DNA of 49,051 bases, taken from Fibrobacteria bacterium. Lineage in GTDB: Bacteria; Fibrobacterota; Fibrobacteria; UBA11236. Positions 28,401 through 39,160 of the stretch are shown in pieces. The position numbers were made by a program, and so were the translations under genes. Within the stretch, counting starts at the first letter, position 1. Every line of letters starts with the position of its first letter. The notes under the pieces are model-generated. The model did no database searches and was not told where the DNA came from. It worked only from the letters and a program-made list of their open reading frames with translations. Location: positions 1 through 49,051 of the forward strand of contig JAYTSD010000011.1 in the NCBI GenBank assembly GCA_043745805.1, written 5' to 3'.

Positions 28401-31400
28401 CAAGGATACGATTAACACCATGGTGGACCAATTGCGCGCTTTTGCTTCGGAGGTAACTCGTGTGGCACGTGAAGTGGGTACAGAAGGAAAGCTGGGCGGA
28501 CAAGCTTATGTGCAAGGTGTAGCTGGCACTTGGAAGGATTTGACTGACAATGTGAATTTTATGGCGAGTAATTTAACTGGGCAGGTGCGTAATATTGCAC
28601 AGGTTACGACGGCAGTGGCGAATGGAGATTTGTCGAAAAAAATCACCGTAGACGTAAAAGGCGAAATTTTAGAATTAAAAAACACCATTAATACTATGGT
28701 GGATCAACTCAACTCCTTTGCTTCGGAAGTAACGCGCGTGGCTCGTGAGGTAGGCTCCGAAGGTAAGCTGGGCGGGCAAGCCCAGGTCAAAGGGGTAGGA
28801 GGTATTTGGAAAGATTTGACCGATAATGTGAATTTCATGGCGGGCAATTTAACGAATCAAGTGCGCGGTATTGCTAAGGTAGTAACATCCGTTGCCAATG
28901 GTGATTTAAAATTGAAATTGGCTTTTGAAGCCAAAGGAGAAATCGCCGCTTTAGCCGATACCATTAACGGAATGATCGATACACTGGCTACTTTTGCGGA
29001 CCAGGTAACTAGCGTTGCGCGTGAAGTGGGTGTAGAAGGTAAACTAGGCGGACAGGCCAGTGTACCGGGAGCTTCGGGCACTTGGAAAGGTCTGACGGAC
29101 AATGTGAATCAGCTAGCGGCTAACCTGACTACCCAAGTACGCGCTATCGCCGAAGTGGGAACGGCTGTAACTAAAGGGGATTTGACCCGCTCAATTCAAG
29201 TGGACGCGCAGGGCGAAGTGGAAGCATTGAAAGACAATATTAATCAGATGATTTTGAATTTACGCGAAACCACACAAAAAAATAGCGAACAGGATTGGTT
29301 GAAAACAAATTTAGCCAAATTCACGCAGATGTTACAGGGACAAAAAGAACTTCTCACCGTAACGCAGAAAATACTAGCGGAACTGGCGCCCGTGGTGGGT
29401 GCAAAGCATGGCGTATTTTATTTGGTGGACAATACCGAAGAAGAACCGGTACTTAAATTGATAGCCAGCTATGCCTATAAATCGCGCGTCACAGAAGCTA
29501 CTCAATTTGCTATGGGCGAGGGTTTGGTGGGCCAATGTGCCATGGAGAAAGAGCGAATTCTATTAACGAATATTCCTCCTAATTATATCATGATTAGTTC
29601 TGGGCTGGGGGAATGCCCTCCATTGTCTATCATCGTTCTTCCCGTACTTTTTGAAGGACAAGTCAAAGGGGTCATTGAATTGGCATCCTTCGAAAATTTC
29701 AATACCACGCATCAAACTTTTTTAGGGCAATTAACGGAATCGCTTGGTATTGTGCTTAATACTCTTGAGGCGAATATGCGGACGGAAAGCTTGCTTAAAC
29801 AATCGCAATCATTGGCGCAGGAATTACAACAGCAACAACAAGAATTGCAACTCACTAATGAAAAACTCGAAGACAAGGCGAGGTTATTAGCTGAACAAAA
29901 TTCCGAAGTAGAGCGTAAAAATCGTGAAGTGGAACAAGCGAAGCAAGCATTGGAAGAGAAAGCTACGCAGCTGTCATTGACTTCAAAATATAAATCGGAA
30001 TTTTTGGCCAATATGTCTCATGAATTGCGTACGCCGTTAAATAGCTTACTGATTTTGGCGCAACAATTAGGGGATAATGGGGAAGGAAATCTTAAACCTA
30101 AGCAAGTACAATTTGCCCAAATCATTCATTCCGCTGGGCGCGATTTGCTCACTCTCATCAATGATATTTTAGATCTTTCCAAAATTGAATCAGGAACCGT
30201 TACCTTGGATCCAGGCAATATGTCCTTTGCCGAATTGCGGGTTTATGTCGAAAGGACTTTCCGGCACATGGCCGAAAGTAAAAATTTAGAATTTCAAGTT
30301 ATGGTGGAAGATAGTTTGCCTCGCTATTTATTCACCGACGCGAAACGCTTACAGCAAGTGCTCAAAAACCTTTTGGCGAATGCATTCAAATTCACTGAAC
30401 GCGGTAAAGTGGAATTACGTATTCGCGAAGCATTACAAGGGTGGAATAGCACACATAGTATTTTAAATCGCTCCACGAAAGTTATCGCCTTTTCCGTGAG
30501 CGATACGGGTATAGGCATTAATCCTGAAAAACAAAGATTGATATTTGAAGCCTTTCAACAAGCCGACGGTACTACCAGTAGAAAATATGGCGGTACGGGA
30601 TTGGGGCTTTCCATCAGTCGTGAAATTGCCAGATTGTTAGGCGGAGAAATTGTTCTTCGTAGTATTCCCAATGAGGGTAGCGTATTTACTTTATATATCC
30701 CTCTTGATCACAATGCTCTGTTGGATACGAAAAATGAACAGGACGAGTTACCTTCTAATTCTGTTTTACATTTGGAGGGGTCGGCTTTTTTAGATGATAG
30801 AAAGGCTTTGCTTCCTGCGGTAGTCTCTACAGTTGAAAATTCAAGCCATACAAATTTCTTTTTTCCAGAAACAGCTGATCAAAAAGATGAGGTAACCTCC
30901 GCGAATCGCGTCATGATGATTGTAGAGGATGATCCACATTTCGCCGAACTGTTGTTGGATATGGCGCGTAAAAAAGGCTTCAAGGGCATTATCGTACCTT
31001 GGGGAAATGCTGTATTGGCATTGGCACGGGAATATAAACCAACAGCGATCACATTAGATATTAATTTACCCGATATCGATGGATGGAGTGTTTTGGCGCG
31101 CTTGAAAGACGATTTGGCAACACGCCATATTCCTGTGCATATTATTTCCTTGGATGACGAAAGCAAGGAAAGGGAAAGAGGATTGCGCCAAGGTGCTTTG
31201 TCTTTTTTACCCAAGCCTTTGACCATGGTCGGATTGGAAGAAGCTTTCGACGGTATCATTGAATTTTTAAATGAGGATAAACGCCATCTCTTAATCGTGG
31301 AAGATAATGAGGATTTGCGCCATAGCATTATCGAATTGGTTACGGATCCTGGGGTGATTATTCACGCAGTAGCTACAGGCCAACAGGCCTTAGAATATTT

Positions 31401-32085
31401 AAAAGCGAAAAAATTCAATTGTGTCATTTTAGATATAGGCCTTCCAGATATAGATGGATTTGCACTTTTGAACGAAATCAAAAATGATCCCGAAATCGGC
31501 TTGACACCTATTATCATATACACCGGAAGGGATTTATCGAAGCAGGAAGAGGAAACACTTTTAGAAATGGCCCAAAGCGTGATTATAAAAGATGCCGAAT
31601 CGACGGTGCGTTTATTGGAGGAAACTTCCTTGTACTTGCATCAATCTCATAAAGCATTTCCCGATGAAAAGAAAAAACTTTTGGAAGAACGCCGGCAATC
31701 CGATATTTTGTTGAGTGGAAAAAAAGTACTAGTGGTCGATGATGATGTACGCAATATTTTCGCCATGACTAGCCTTTTGGAAAATCAAGGAATGAATGTT
31801 GTCTCCGCAGAAAATGGAAAAGAAGCGATCCATACTTTGAGCGAGAGCGACCAAATCGATATTGTTTTAATGGATATCATGATGCCTGGTTTAGATGGAT
31901 ACGATACGATGCGTGCGATTCGGAATATTGTAAAATTCCGATCCTTGCCGATCATCGCCTTGACTGCAAAGGCGATGAAGGGAGACAGGGAAAAATGCAT
32001 TGAAGCGGGCGCTTCGGATTATATTTCCAAGCCCGTCGATACGGATCAGCTTTTGTCTCTCTTGCGGGTGTGGATCCATAAATAA
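25468..32085 (+). CDS. Poly-HAMP hybrid histidine kinase (HAMP array-GAF-HisKA-HATPase-3xREC)
   Basis: 92-aa repeats ...[11 protein letters not shown]...; [21 protein letters not shown]; three receivers with conserved Asp; architecture like fungal group III (Nik1/Os-1) and Streptomyces OsaA kinases. Confidence 0.95.
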   Translation: MPVTRKRAPISEAIQTSHAVLDKKKLLGALEAFKRGNFHVRLMEDWVGIDAKIADAFNDVLEKNLLLSRELSKANRLVGSEGRLNLRASMGPVSGAWAESVDSLNGLIDDLVRPTNEMSRVIGAVSSGDLSQSVSLEVEGRPLRGEFLRTAKTVNTMVNRLSSFASEVTRVAREVGTDGKLGGQAEVKGVGGTWKDLTDNVNSMAANLTGQVRNIAEVTTAIANGDLSKKITVEAKGEILELKATINATVDQLNSFASEVTRVAREVGTDGKLGGQAEVKGVGGTWKDLTDNVNSMAANLTGQVRNIAEVTTAVANGDLSKKITAEAKGEILELKDTINIMVDQLNSFASEVSRVAREVGSEGKLGVQAEVQGVAGTWKDLTNNVNLMASNLTGQVRNIADVTTAVANGDLSKKITVDVKGEILELKNTINTMVDQLSSFASEVSRVAREVGSEGKLGGQAEVKGVGGTWKDLTDNVNSMAANLTGQVRNIAEVTTAVANGNLSKKITAEARGEILELKETINTMVDQLSSFASEVSRVAREVGSEGKLGGQAVVRGVAGTWKDLTDNVNSMASNLTGQVRNIAQVTTAVANGDLSKKITVDVKGEILELKNTINIMVDQLNSFASEVTRVAREVGTEGKLGGQADVKGVGGTWKDLTDSVNFMAGNLTGQVRNIAEVATAIATGNLSKKITAEAKGEILELKDTINIMVDQLNSFASEVTRVAREVGTDGKLGGQAEVKGVAGTWKDLTDSVNFMASNLTSQVRNIADVTTAVANGDLSKKITVDVKGEILELKRTINIMVDQLNSFASEVTRVAREVGTDGKLGGQAVVQDVGGVWKDLTDSVNFMASNLTGQVRNIAQVTTAVANGDLSKKITVDVKGEILELKNTINTMVDQLNSFASEVSRVAREVGSEGKLGGQAEVKGVSGTWKDLTDNVNSMASNLTGQVRNIAEVTISVANGDMSKKITVDVRGEFLQLKDTINTMVDQLRAFASEVTRVAREVGTEGKLGGQAYVQGVAGTWKDLTDNVNFMASNLTGQVRNIAQVTTAVANGDLSKKITVDVKGEILELKNTINTMVDQLNSFASEVTRVAREVGSEGKLGGQAQVKGVGGIWKDLTDNVNFMAGNLTNQVRGIAKVVTSVANGDLKLKLAFEAKGEIAALADTINGMIDTLATFADQVTSVAREVGVEGKLGGQASVPGASGTWKGLTDNVNQLAANLTTQVRAIAEVGTAVTKGDLTRSIQVDAQGEVEALKDNINQMILNLRETTQKNSEQDWLKTNLAKFTQMLQGQKELLTVTQKILAELAPVVGAKHGVFYLVDNTEEEPVLKLIASYAYKSRVTEATQFAMGEGLVGQCAMEKERILLTNIPPNYIMISSGLGECPPLSIIVLPVLFEGQVKGVIELASFENFNTTHQTFLGQLTESLGIVLNTLEANMRTESLLKQSQSLAQELQQQQQELQLTNEKLEDKARLLAEQNSEVERKNREVEQAKQALEEKATQLSLTSKYKSEFLANMSHELRTPLNSLLILAQQLGDNGEGNLKPKQVQFAQIIHSAGRDLLTLINDILDLSKIESGTVTLDPGNMSFAELRVYVERTFRHMAESKNLEFQVMVEDSLPRYLFTDAKRLQQVLKNLLANAFKFTERGKVELRIREALQGWNSTHSILNRSTKVIAFSVSDTGIGINPEKQRLIFEAFQQADGTTSRKYGGTGLGLSISREIARLLGGEIVLRSIPNEGSVFTLYIPLDHNALLDTKNEQDELPSNSVLHLEGSAFLDDRKALLPAVVSTVENSSHTNFFFPETADQKDEVTSANRVMMIVEDDPHFAELLLDMARKKGFKGIIVPWGNAVLALAREYKPTAITLDINLPDIDGWSVLARLKDDLATRHIPVHIISLDDESKERERGLRQGALSFLPKPLTMVGLEEAFDGIIEFLNEDKRHLLIVEDNEDLRHSIIELVTDPGVIIHAVATGQQALEYLKAKKFNCVILDIGLPDIDGFALLNEIKNDPEIGLTPIIIYTGRDLSKQEEETLLEMAQSVIIKDAESTVRLLEETSLYLHQSHKAFPDEKKKLLEERRQSDILLSGKKVLVVDDDVRNIFAMTSLLENQGMNVVSAENGKEAIHTLSESDQIDIVLMDIMMPGLDGYDTMRAIRNIVKFRSLPIIALTAKAMKGDREKCIEAGASDYISKPVDTDQLLSLLRVWIHK
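26032..29250 (+). repeat. Coding tandem repeat, 276-nt period, 12 units
   Basis: Trp codon of WK(D/G)LT at 26047, 26323 ... 29083 (26047 + 11x276). Confidence 0.95.
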
Positions 32086-32517
32086 ATTTCTTGAGAACCC
32101 TTATTTCTGGAAGCGTTAGAACTTCCAGCACCGCTTTCAAAAATGAAATGATTTTCTATTCGATTTGGGTATGAAAATCCAGCTACTGTTATAGCCATAA
32201 AAATTAGCCGAATAGTTAAAAAGATGGTGTAATTATACGTTACCCTTCTAAGGCCTCACCTTTCCTCAATAACCTTTAAAGGAAGATGATTTATTATAAT
32301 AAGTATTGCTTAAATTATAAAAGTATTACTTAATAATTAATAAAAATGATAAGCTCAACCCAAGACAAATAAAAAGATTTCATTGTTGATAAAAAAGCTC
32401 TTGCTTTTTGTTTTTTGGATAATTTCATTATTCAATAACTAAATGAACAGAGGAACGTCACGTTTCAAATTTATTTAGGGAATTTTATAGTGCATGTCAT
32501 TTTTAGAAAGGATTTTT

Positions 32518-33255
32518 ATGAAGGTTAAAACTTTAATTCAATTTGGCTTGTTAATGGGATCTCTTCCACTATATGCAACGGATAGGGATGATAGTATTAA
32601 AACGGCTATCCACGATTCTCATGCTTATAGGAATTACCTTAAGAATGATGACATTAAGGTAGCATCCGATAAAGGGCATGTACATCTTACTGGAGAAGTT
32701 GCAGACAGTTATCACAAATCCTTGGCGGGCGAAGTCGCGTCGAGTACTAACGGAGTAGCGGATGTAGATAATGACTTGAAAGTGAAGCCAAATCAACCGA
32801 ATAAAAACTCGGACGAATGGATCCATTTAAAAATTAAATCCGCATTACTTTTTCATTCCAATGTGAATGCAAGTACAGAGGTTACGGTAAAAAATGGAAA
32901 GGTCACTTTGCACGGCTCCGCTAAAAATGAAGCGCAAAAAGATTTGACTACGGAATATGTAAAAGATGTAGAAGGTGTTAAAAGTGTTGATAACGAGATA
33001 AAGGTGGTTAATGAATCAGCGGAAAGAGACACCTCCATTTCTCAAGCCGTGGATGATGCGTCCATTACTGCCGAAGTGAAATTGTCGTTGTTGAACCATC
33101 GTTCTACCAGCGCCTTACGTACCAAGGTCAAAACTGTAGATGGTGTGGTTACCTTAACAGGAAAATCCAAAAACGCAGCGGAAAAAGATTTGGCGAGTAA
33201 GTTCGCTGCGGACATTAATGGCGTGAAAAGCGTAGTTAATGAAATGACCTATTAA
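32518..33255 (+). CDS. Triple-BON domain protein (OsmY-like), exported
   Basis: Three repeats of D..I...(I/V)K...GxVxLxG...GVxxVxN; signal peptide; AAGGA RBS before ATG 32518. Confidence 0.9.
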   Translation: MKVKTLIQFGLLMGSLPLYATDRDDSIKTAIHDSHAYRNYLKNDDIKVASDKGHVHLTGEVADSYHKSLAGEVASSTNGVADVDNDLKVKPNQPNKNSDEWIHLKIKSALLFHSNVNASTEVTVKNGKVTLHGSAKNEAQKDLTTEYVKDVEGVKSVDNEIKVVNESAERDTSISQAVDDASITAEVKLSLLNHRSTSALRTKVKTVDGVVTLTGKSKNAAEKDLASKFAADINGVKSVVNEMTY

Positions 33256-33266
33256 TTGTTAAAATG

Positions 33267-33296
33267 AGCTTGCTCTTTCATGGAGAGCGAGCTTTT
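33267..33296 (+). terminator. Terminator after the BON gene
   Basis: AGCTTGCTCT...AGAGCGAGCT stem with a short T-run. Confidence 0.65.
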
Positions 33297-33490
33297 CCTT
33301 GAATGTAAAAAATACTCATTGCAAATTTCTATTTGAAATTTATAGTAACAATTAGGTTACCTATTATTTTCTATAATTAAAATTATTTTTTTGATTTTCA
33401 AGGGCAGATGGTTTATGTTACTAGCGAAATATCCATTCGATCTTGAGGATTTATGAAAATTAGATTGATTTTAAATCTTGGAGGCTGGTT

Positions 33491-35080
33491 ATGAAAAAAA
33501 GAAAAATATTTTCGAATCTATGGTTTGCCATTTTCCTTGCATCCAATGCAAGTTTTTTATCTGCATCACTTTATGCTCAAACTAATGTGGATCCGCCTCA
33601 ACCTCAAAACGTGGATGCCCAAACCAATATTGAGGTAGTCCCTCCCACCAATACTTTCTACGGAACTCGTGGATTGAGCCAAACTGCTTCCGCAGAGGCT
33701 TTAGGAGAAGGACGTTTAATATTCGGGTTTAACGGTTCTTGGTATCAACAGAAATGGGGGTTTATTGGAAGCCCCAATAAGGACGCGAACATTTTTACCG
33801 GAATAGGAGCCGCTTCATTTGGAGTCAGTCCATATATCGATCTTTTCGCTTCGGTTACAGGATTTGGCTCGATGGATTACACAACTGGCAAAGGATCGGG
33901 ATTAGGAACATTTGGAGGTGGCTTGCAAGGCACCCTCCCTTTTGAACCAAATGCTCCGATTCGTATGGGTGCCCAATTTGGGATTCATCGCGGTATTTCT
34001 GACAATGCCATTAATACGAATCGTTCCGACGGATACAATTATTTTGAAACACGTAAAGGATTGGATTTTATGGGGAAATTAGTACAAACTCTAGCCTTTG
34101 GCGATGAGAACTTGGCTTTCAAGATCCATTTTAATGAAGGTCTTGTTACCTCTATGCAAGAAAATCGAGAGGCCTTGCTGCTCCTAGGTTTGGGAGCACA
34201 AATGAATCTTTTCTTTACTGTGCTTGGGATGGAATTACATTCTCGTACCGATATCGAAGACATTGCTTTTCAAACCGATCCATTGTGGGTTACTCCCTCC
34301 TTGCAATTTAGGACGGACTATAATTTGAATGTAATCTTAGGAGGGAATATTTCTCTTTCGCAAGACAGGGAAACGAATCGTTCGCTTGAACCATTCCGCC
34401 TTTTTGCAGGTTTGGCTTTTACTTTTGATACCCAAGCCGATCAACGTCGCGCTGCTAAAGAAAAAGCGAGATATGATGCCATGGAAAAATATCAATTGCG
34501 CTCAACTAATATATCGTTGGCGGATAGCATAGTGAAAAAAAACCAAGAAGATTCTTTAACGAGGATCCAAGAAAAGCAAAAATCCGATTCTCTTAAAACA
34601 GCGATCATCCAAAAAACTTATCAAGATTCCCTAGCCTTAGAGCAGGCGAGAAAATCCTTGGAAGAAGAAAAATCGAAACGCACTGATGCTGAAAAGCAAT
34701 TACTTTCCACCGGACTTTTATTATTGGATGCGGTTTATTTTGAAACTGGGAAAACAGTGATATCGATTAATTCGCTACCCTATTTAAATATCATTGCAAA
34801 AATGCTTACTAAATATCCCAAGCTTAGGATTGAAGTGGCTGGGCATACGGATAATGTTGGAACGGATTTGAGCAATGATAGATTAAGTCAAGGCCGCGCC
34901 GAATCAGTAAAAAATTATATGATTCAAGTTAGTCCCGAGTTAGCGCAAATGTTAACAGCTAAAGGATATGGGGAAACGCGACCCAAAGCAGACAATAAAA
35001 CAGCAAATGGTCGCAAACTGAACCGTCGTACGGAATTGGCGGTTTTAAATACCGAGATGTTGAAAGAATACCATCCTTAA
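33491..35080 (+). CDS. OmpA-family outer-membrane protein (beta-rich N-terminus, coiled linker, OmpA_C)
   Basis: VYFETGK, IEVAGHTDNVG, NDRLSQGRAESV, GYGETRP, NRRTE; GGAGG RBS. Confidence 0.9.
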   Translation: MKKRKIFSNLWFAIFLASNASFLSASLYAQTNVDPPQPQNVDAQTNIEVVPPTNTFYGTRGLSQTASAEALGEGRLIFGFNGSWYQQKWGFIGSPNKDANIFTGIGAASFGVSPYIDLFASVTGFGSMDYTTGKGSGLGTFGGGLQGTLPFEPNAPIRMGAQFGIHRGISDNAINTNRSDGYNYFETRKGLDFMGKLVQTLAFGDENLAFKIHFNEGLVTSMQENREALLLLGLGAQMNLFFTVLGMELHSRTDIEDIAFQTDPLWVTPSLQFRTDYNLNVILGGNISLSQDRETNRSLEPFRLFAGLAFTFDTQADQRRAAKEKARYDAMEKYQLRSTNISLADSIVKKNQEDSLTRIQEKQKSDSLKTAIIQKTYQDSLALEQARKSLEEEKSKRTDAEKQLLSTGLLLLDAVYFETGKTVISINSLPYLNIIAKMLTKYPKLRIEVAGHTDNVGTDLSNDRLSQGRAESVKNYMIQVSPELAQMLTAKGYGETRPKADNKTANGRKLNRRTELAVLNTEMLKEYHP

Positions 35081-35088
35081 TAAATGAA

Positions 35089-35130
35089 GCGTGGATTGCT
35101 GCAGGCAGCTGGGCCGGCAGCAATCCACGC
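35089..35130 (+). terminator. Strong GC-rich hairpin after the OmpA gene
   Basis: Perfect 14-bp stem GCGTGGATTGCTGC/GCAGCAATCCACGC; weak U-tract. Confidence 0.6.
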
Positions 35131-35255
35131 CTTAGTTAACTATCAACTCTTCCACCGATTTTTCGAAGAGAGGAGCGTTTTTGCTTGATCCGGTTATTAT
35201 GTGGAGTTTTTGTTAAAATCGTTACGGTATCAAAAATGTTACAAAAATTATTTTC

Positions 35256-35284
35256 TTGATTTCTACTAAGTAATCATTTATTTC
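35256..35284 (+). promoter_or_regulatory. Putative promoter (island motif)
   Basis: TTGATT-N17-TATTTC, 36 nt before ATG 35321. Confidence 0.4.
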
Positions 35285-35320
35285 TGTAGGTAAGCTATTA
35301 AACGAATGGGGCAGGTGGGT

Positions 35321-35491
35321 ATGACTAAGGTTTTAGGAATAATATTATTTGAATTATGGGTTTTGGCTTTAGTATGTTCCTTTACGTTAAATGGCTTTAT
35401 CCATCTTTTTTTGGTGGTTCCAGCCATAATTTTTTTTGCTTCTGTATTTAAATTAGATTTCAAATCGCGCCACTATAAAAGAAAGTTTTAA
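35321..35491 (+). CDS. Divergent lmo0937-like small membrane protein
   Basis: LGIILFELWVLALVCSFTLNGFIHLFLVV aligns with IGVILIVLWLLGMVFTYTIGGLLHILLVV of the 43508 protein. Confidence 0.65.
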   Translation: MTKVLGIILFELWVLALVCSFTLNGFIHLFLVVPAIIFFASVFKLDFKSRHYKRKF

Positions 35492-35511
35492 AAAAATAAG
35501 GAGAGAGTAAC

Positions 35512-35763
35512 ATGGAAGAATATTGGAAAATGACTAAAGATTATATCGATTCGAAATTCAATGAATTTCCTTGGGCACAAAAAAAGAAAAATACCGGGCT
35601 AGGATTAAGTATTTTACTAGGTGTAGCCGGCCTTGGGATTGTGGGTTATACCCTCATATGTTTTTTAACCAAAAAAAAGGGTGGAAAAGAAATTTCCAAT
35701 GTGGAACATTATTCTGCGAATGAACCGGCCAAGCCGGAAACCCTCGCAGGGATGGGAATGTAA
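35512..35763 (+). CDS. Small single-TM hypothetical protein
   Basis: AAGGAGAG RBS; one hydrophobic helix; hairpin CATCCGCC/GGTGGATG at 35775-35795 downstream. Confidence 0.7.
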   Translation: MEEYWKMTKDYIDSKFNEFPWAQKKKNTGLGLSILLGVAGLGIVGYTLICFLTKKKGGKEISNVEHYSANEPAKPETLAGMGM

Positions 35764-36026
35764 CTGTATAATGACATCCGCCGATAAGGTGGATGCCATT
35801 ATTTTTGTAAAAAAAAAGAGTCATTAGCCATAAAATGACGAATTTCTTAGCGCTAATTAAATATAATCAGCCTTATACATTTACTCATTTCTATTCTGTT
35901 ACATTTAGCAGATAAGTCGATTTGCTAGAGCCTGCACATGTATCCTGTTATTTTTTGATTATTTTAAATTTAATTAGCCTTAATTTGCGAGAAAATCAAA
36001 AAAATATGTGGGACGATAATTTATTC

Positions 36027-36055
36027 TTGCTTTTTTGAAATTATTCGAGTATTTA
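36027..36055 (+). promoter_or_regulatory. Putative promoter (island motif)
   Basis: TTGCTT-N17-TATTTA upstream of the hemerythrin and sigma genes. Confidence 0.45.
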
Positions 36056-36081
36056 GAGGTTACACAAAGGAGAGTCCAGCA

Positions 36082-36537
36082 ATGAATTTATATGAATTAC
36101 TTCATCGGGATCATAAGGAAATTAGTGCTTTATTTGCAAGTTTAAGTCAAACTGAAGAAAAAGATTTAGGCAAAAGAACCCACCTCTTTGAAAAATTAAA
36201 AGAAAAATTAACTGTTCATGCGAAAGCAGAAGAGAAGTTTTTTTACTCTGCAATTAAGGATTTGTCGAAAAGCCATAAAATCACTTTAGAAGCTTTGGAA
36301 GAACATAAAGTGGTTAAAAGGTTATTGCAAGAATTGGATTTAAATAATAAAGATCGCGATGAATGGATGGCAAAATTAACAGTTTTGCAAGAAAACGTGG
36401 AACACCATGTAAAAGAGGAAGAGGGTGATCTTTTTAAGAAAGCGAAGGAAGTTTTAAGTCCGGAAGAAACGCAAGCTATTGCTATTAGCATAAAAGAATT
36501 CAAAGAAGAATATGCTTCTGCGCTAACGAAAATTTAA
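36082..36537 (+). CDS. Hemerythrin-like (HHE) cation-binding protein
   Basis: LHRDH, VHAKAEEKFFY, EEH, VEHHVKEEEGDLF; AAGGAG RBS. Confidence 0.92.
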   Translation: MNLYELLHRDHKEISALFASLSQTEEKDLGKRTHLFEKLKEKLTVHAKAEEKFFYSAIKDLSKSHKITLEALEEHKVVKRLLQELDLNNKDRDEWMAKLTVLQENVEHHVKEEEGDLFKKAKEVLSPEETQAIAISIKEFKEEYASALTKI

Positions 36538-36605
36538 ACAAACCATTTTTTTAAATAAAATGAAAGCAAATAACATCGGCCCTTATGTACGTGAAGGAAT
36601 TTTAA

Positions 36606-37556
36606 ATGGAAAACAAGCCGATCGATATTCAGAAAAAGGATAAGGAGTCTAACTTGGTAATTTATAACTACCCTTCTCAAGCAAATAAGATCCCAAGTCG
36701 GGACAGTAATAAGCAGCATAAATCTATTAACACTGACAATAAACTTTCCATTTATTTAAAAGAGATATCCAAAATAAAACCCCTTTCTAAAGAGGCGGAA
36801 GAGGGGCTTATTGAAAAAATTCATCAAGGGAACCAGGATGCCTTGGATACTTTGGTGCAAGCGAATTTAAAATTTGTAGTAGCCGTTTGCAGAAATTATC
36901 AAAATCAAGGTATGCCTTTTTTCGACTTAATCAGCGAAGGGAATTTGGGACTGATAAAAGCAGCCAAAAGATTTGATGCCAATAAAAACTGCAAGTTCAT
37001 TTCCTATGCAGTGTGGTGGATACGTCAATCTATTTTGCAGGCTATGGCTGAACAGTCGCGCACAATAAAACTTCCCATCAATAAAATCGGATCACTCCAT
37101 AATATTAAAAAAGCCTGTTTTCGCCTCGAACAGAAATTAGGGCGTAGCCCCACTATAGACGAAATTTCAGAGGAATCTGCAATCGATTTAGAAGAAGTGA
37201 AAAAATGCATGGAAATAAACCATAAGCATATTCCGTTGGATAACCCCATTCAAGGCGAAGACAATGTGAAACTTTCGGATGTGTTACCCGATCATTCCAA
37301 CCGCGGTGCGGAGGAAAATATGTGGTTGGACGATCTATCCCAAGAAGTTGGCGATATCTTAGGATCTTTACCTTCGCGTGAAAGCGAAGTACTGCGATTA
37401 TATTTTGGGATAGACCAGGATGTAGAGTATACGTTAGAGGAGATCGGAGAGCGCTTTGACTTAACTCGAGAACGAGTAAGGCAAATTAAAGAAAAAGCTT
37501 TAACACGCTTGAAGCATGTTTCTCGACTCAAAAGGCTTGAGGAATATAAAGTCTAA
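36606..37556 (+). CDS. Sigma70-family factor, short RpoD/SigA type lacking region 1.1 (probable alternative sigma)
   Basis: YLKEI (1.2), DLISEGNLGLIKAAKRFD, KFISYAVWWIRQSI (region 2, FCB-type), TLEEIG...TRERVRQI (4.2). Confidence 0.92.
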   Translation: MENKPIDIQKKDKESNLVIYNYPSQANKIPSRDSNKQHKSINTDNKLSIYLKEISKIKPLSKEAEEGLIEKIHQGNQDALDTLVQANLKFVVAVCRNYQNQGMPFFDLISEGNLGLIKAAKRFDANKNCKFISYAVWWIRQSILQAMAEQSRTIKLPINKIGSLHNIKKACFRLEQKLGRSPTIDEISEESAIDLEEVKKCMEINHKHIPLDNPIQGEDNVKLSDVLPDHSNRGAEENMWLDDLSQEVGDILGSLPSRESEVLRLYFGIDQDVEYTLEEIGERFDLTRERVRQIKEKALTRLKHVSRLKRLEEYKV

Positions 37557-37579
37557 AAAAAACTTGTTCAAATAATTTT

Positions 37580-37617
37580 AAAAGCCATGTCTTAATAAAG
37601 GCATGGCTTTTTCTTTT
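37580..37617 (+). terminator. Rho-independent terminator after the sigma gene
   Basis: AAAGCCATGTCTT-AATA-AAGGCATGGCTTT plus T-rich tail. Confidence 0.85.
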
Positions 37618-37702
37618 ATTGTTTTTTGCATCTGAATAACCTATTTCCCCACGGGAGGGAAATGGGATTTCTCTCTTTAAATTGGAAGGTGTTTAAAAAA
37701 AT

Positions 37703-39160
37703 ATGTATTGGCTGCCTTGGAAATACTTGATTCGTAGGTTTGCACAAGCCAATAAATTTATCGATTCATTATTGGTATTAGCACGCCTGCAAAAATTTGC
37801 GCAACCTTCGGAAGTACAACAACCCATTGAATTGCTAAGGGCAGGGTTGGTTTTCCATGCGCGCGGCCTGATTAATACCAAAGCTATTCAACATAATTTA
37901 GATTGGATTTGGCCTTACTGGGTGCAGCGACAATTTAATCCGCTAGACCCTTCTTTTATCCCGCGCGCTTTTTCCATTAGCCATGTAAATCTTTCCCATC
38001 GAAATTGGACAGCCATAGGATTGCCCTTCAATCCGTATTTACCAATTATCGATCCCAGCGGGCTTATCACCCCATTTTATGATGGATGGTCCTTGGATGC
38101 TTGGTTACTTACCGAGGACGGTACTTATTTGTTACCCTCGAAAATGAAAAATGGAGAACAAGCAGTTTTTTGTTCCAACGATTCTTATCCTATCGTTACA
38201 GAGCATCGAAAAGGCGCCGATTGGATCATCCGCAAACGTAAAGGTTCAACAAAATCGGCGAATACAAAAGTTATGAACCAAGATCTCCTTAAAGGCCTTC
38301 TACCGGCAGGGTTCAGTGCCGAACATTTGGGTCTGAATGATTATTATTGGGACGATTTTTGGGGTGTCGCGGGATTGGAGGCCACAGCTGAATTGATGCG
38401 AGCTTCTAAATATTGGAGAGAAGCCCAGCATTATCAAAAAGCCGCGATGGATTTTCGAGTCGATATAGAAAAGAGCATTACTGCTTCAAAAAATTATTAC
38501 AGCAATGAAATTGCGATTGCCGCTTCTCAATTAAGGCGCTTGGATTCCGGAGCTATTGGCTCTTTAGCTGCAAGTTACCCTTTAAAATTATGGATGCCTA
38601 AGGATTCTCGACTTATGGCGACCACGCAATATCTTTTGGATCAGTGTTTGGTAAAAGGTGGATTTTTTCAAGACATGATCCATTCTGGGATAAATGCCTA
38701 TTTGACTTTGCATCTTACGCAAACATTACTTCGCGATGGAAACATGCGTTATTTGGAGTTGATCCAGGCCGTAGCGGACTTGGCTTCTCCCACTGGGCAG
38801 TGGCCTGAAGCCATACATCCTCATACTTCAGGAGGATGTATGGGAGATGGCCAACATGCTTGGGCAGCAGCAGAATGGGTGCTGATGATTTTCCATCTTT
38901 TCATTCGTGAAGAAGGAGAACAACTATTATTGTTACCGGGCATACCATCTGCATGGTTGCAAGGTGACGTGGATTTACAGTTCGGGCCAGCCCTCACAGT
39001 TTTTGGCAGCTTACATCTTAGCTTTACTGTGCGTAATTCAAAAAGAGTTTTACAATGGAAAGCGATTTGGAGTCAAGCTCCCGTGCGCATCGCGGTACAT
39101 TTTTGCGGAGAAGAACCTATTGCATGCCCATTAAGTGAAAATGGGAGATTGGAATTTTAA
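37703..39160 (+). CDS. Uncharacterised six-hairpin glycosidase-like protein, possibly internally deleted
   Basis: YWDDFWGVAGL, GQWPEAIHP and GDGQHAWAAAEW resemble (alpha/alpha)6 GH-like proteins; TAATG coupling to the next gene. Confidence 0.6.
   Translation: MYWLPWKYLIRRFAQANKFIDSLLVLARLQKFAQPSEVQQPIELLRAGLVFHARGLINTKAIQHNLDWIWPYWVQRQFNPLDPSFIPRAFSISHVNLSHRNWTAIGLPFNPYLPIIDPSGLITPFYDGWSLDAWLLTEDGTYLLPSKMKNGEQAVFCSNDSYPIVTEHRKGADWIIRKRKGSTKSANTKVMNQDLLKGLLPAGFSAEHLGLNDYYWDDFWGVAGLEATAELMRASKYWREAQHYQKAAMDFRVDIEKSITASKNYYSNEIAIAASQLRRLDSGAIGSLAASYPLKLWMPKDSRLMATTQYLLDQCLVKGGFFQDMIHSGINAYLTLHLTQTLLRDGNMRYLELIQAVADLASPTGQWPEAIHPHTSGGCMGDGQHAWAAAEWVLMIFHLFIREEGEQLLLLPGIPSAWLQGDVDLQFGPALTVFGSLHLSFTVRNSKRVLQWKAIWSQAPVRIAVHFCGEEPIACPLSENGRLEF

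Noticed and set aside
25860-29102. Series of similar antisense ORFs and a regular DNA repeat that could suggest a CRISPR or VNTR
   Set aside because: Fully explained by the in-frame 276-nt HAMP coding repeat; no repeat-spacer structure.
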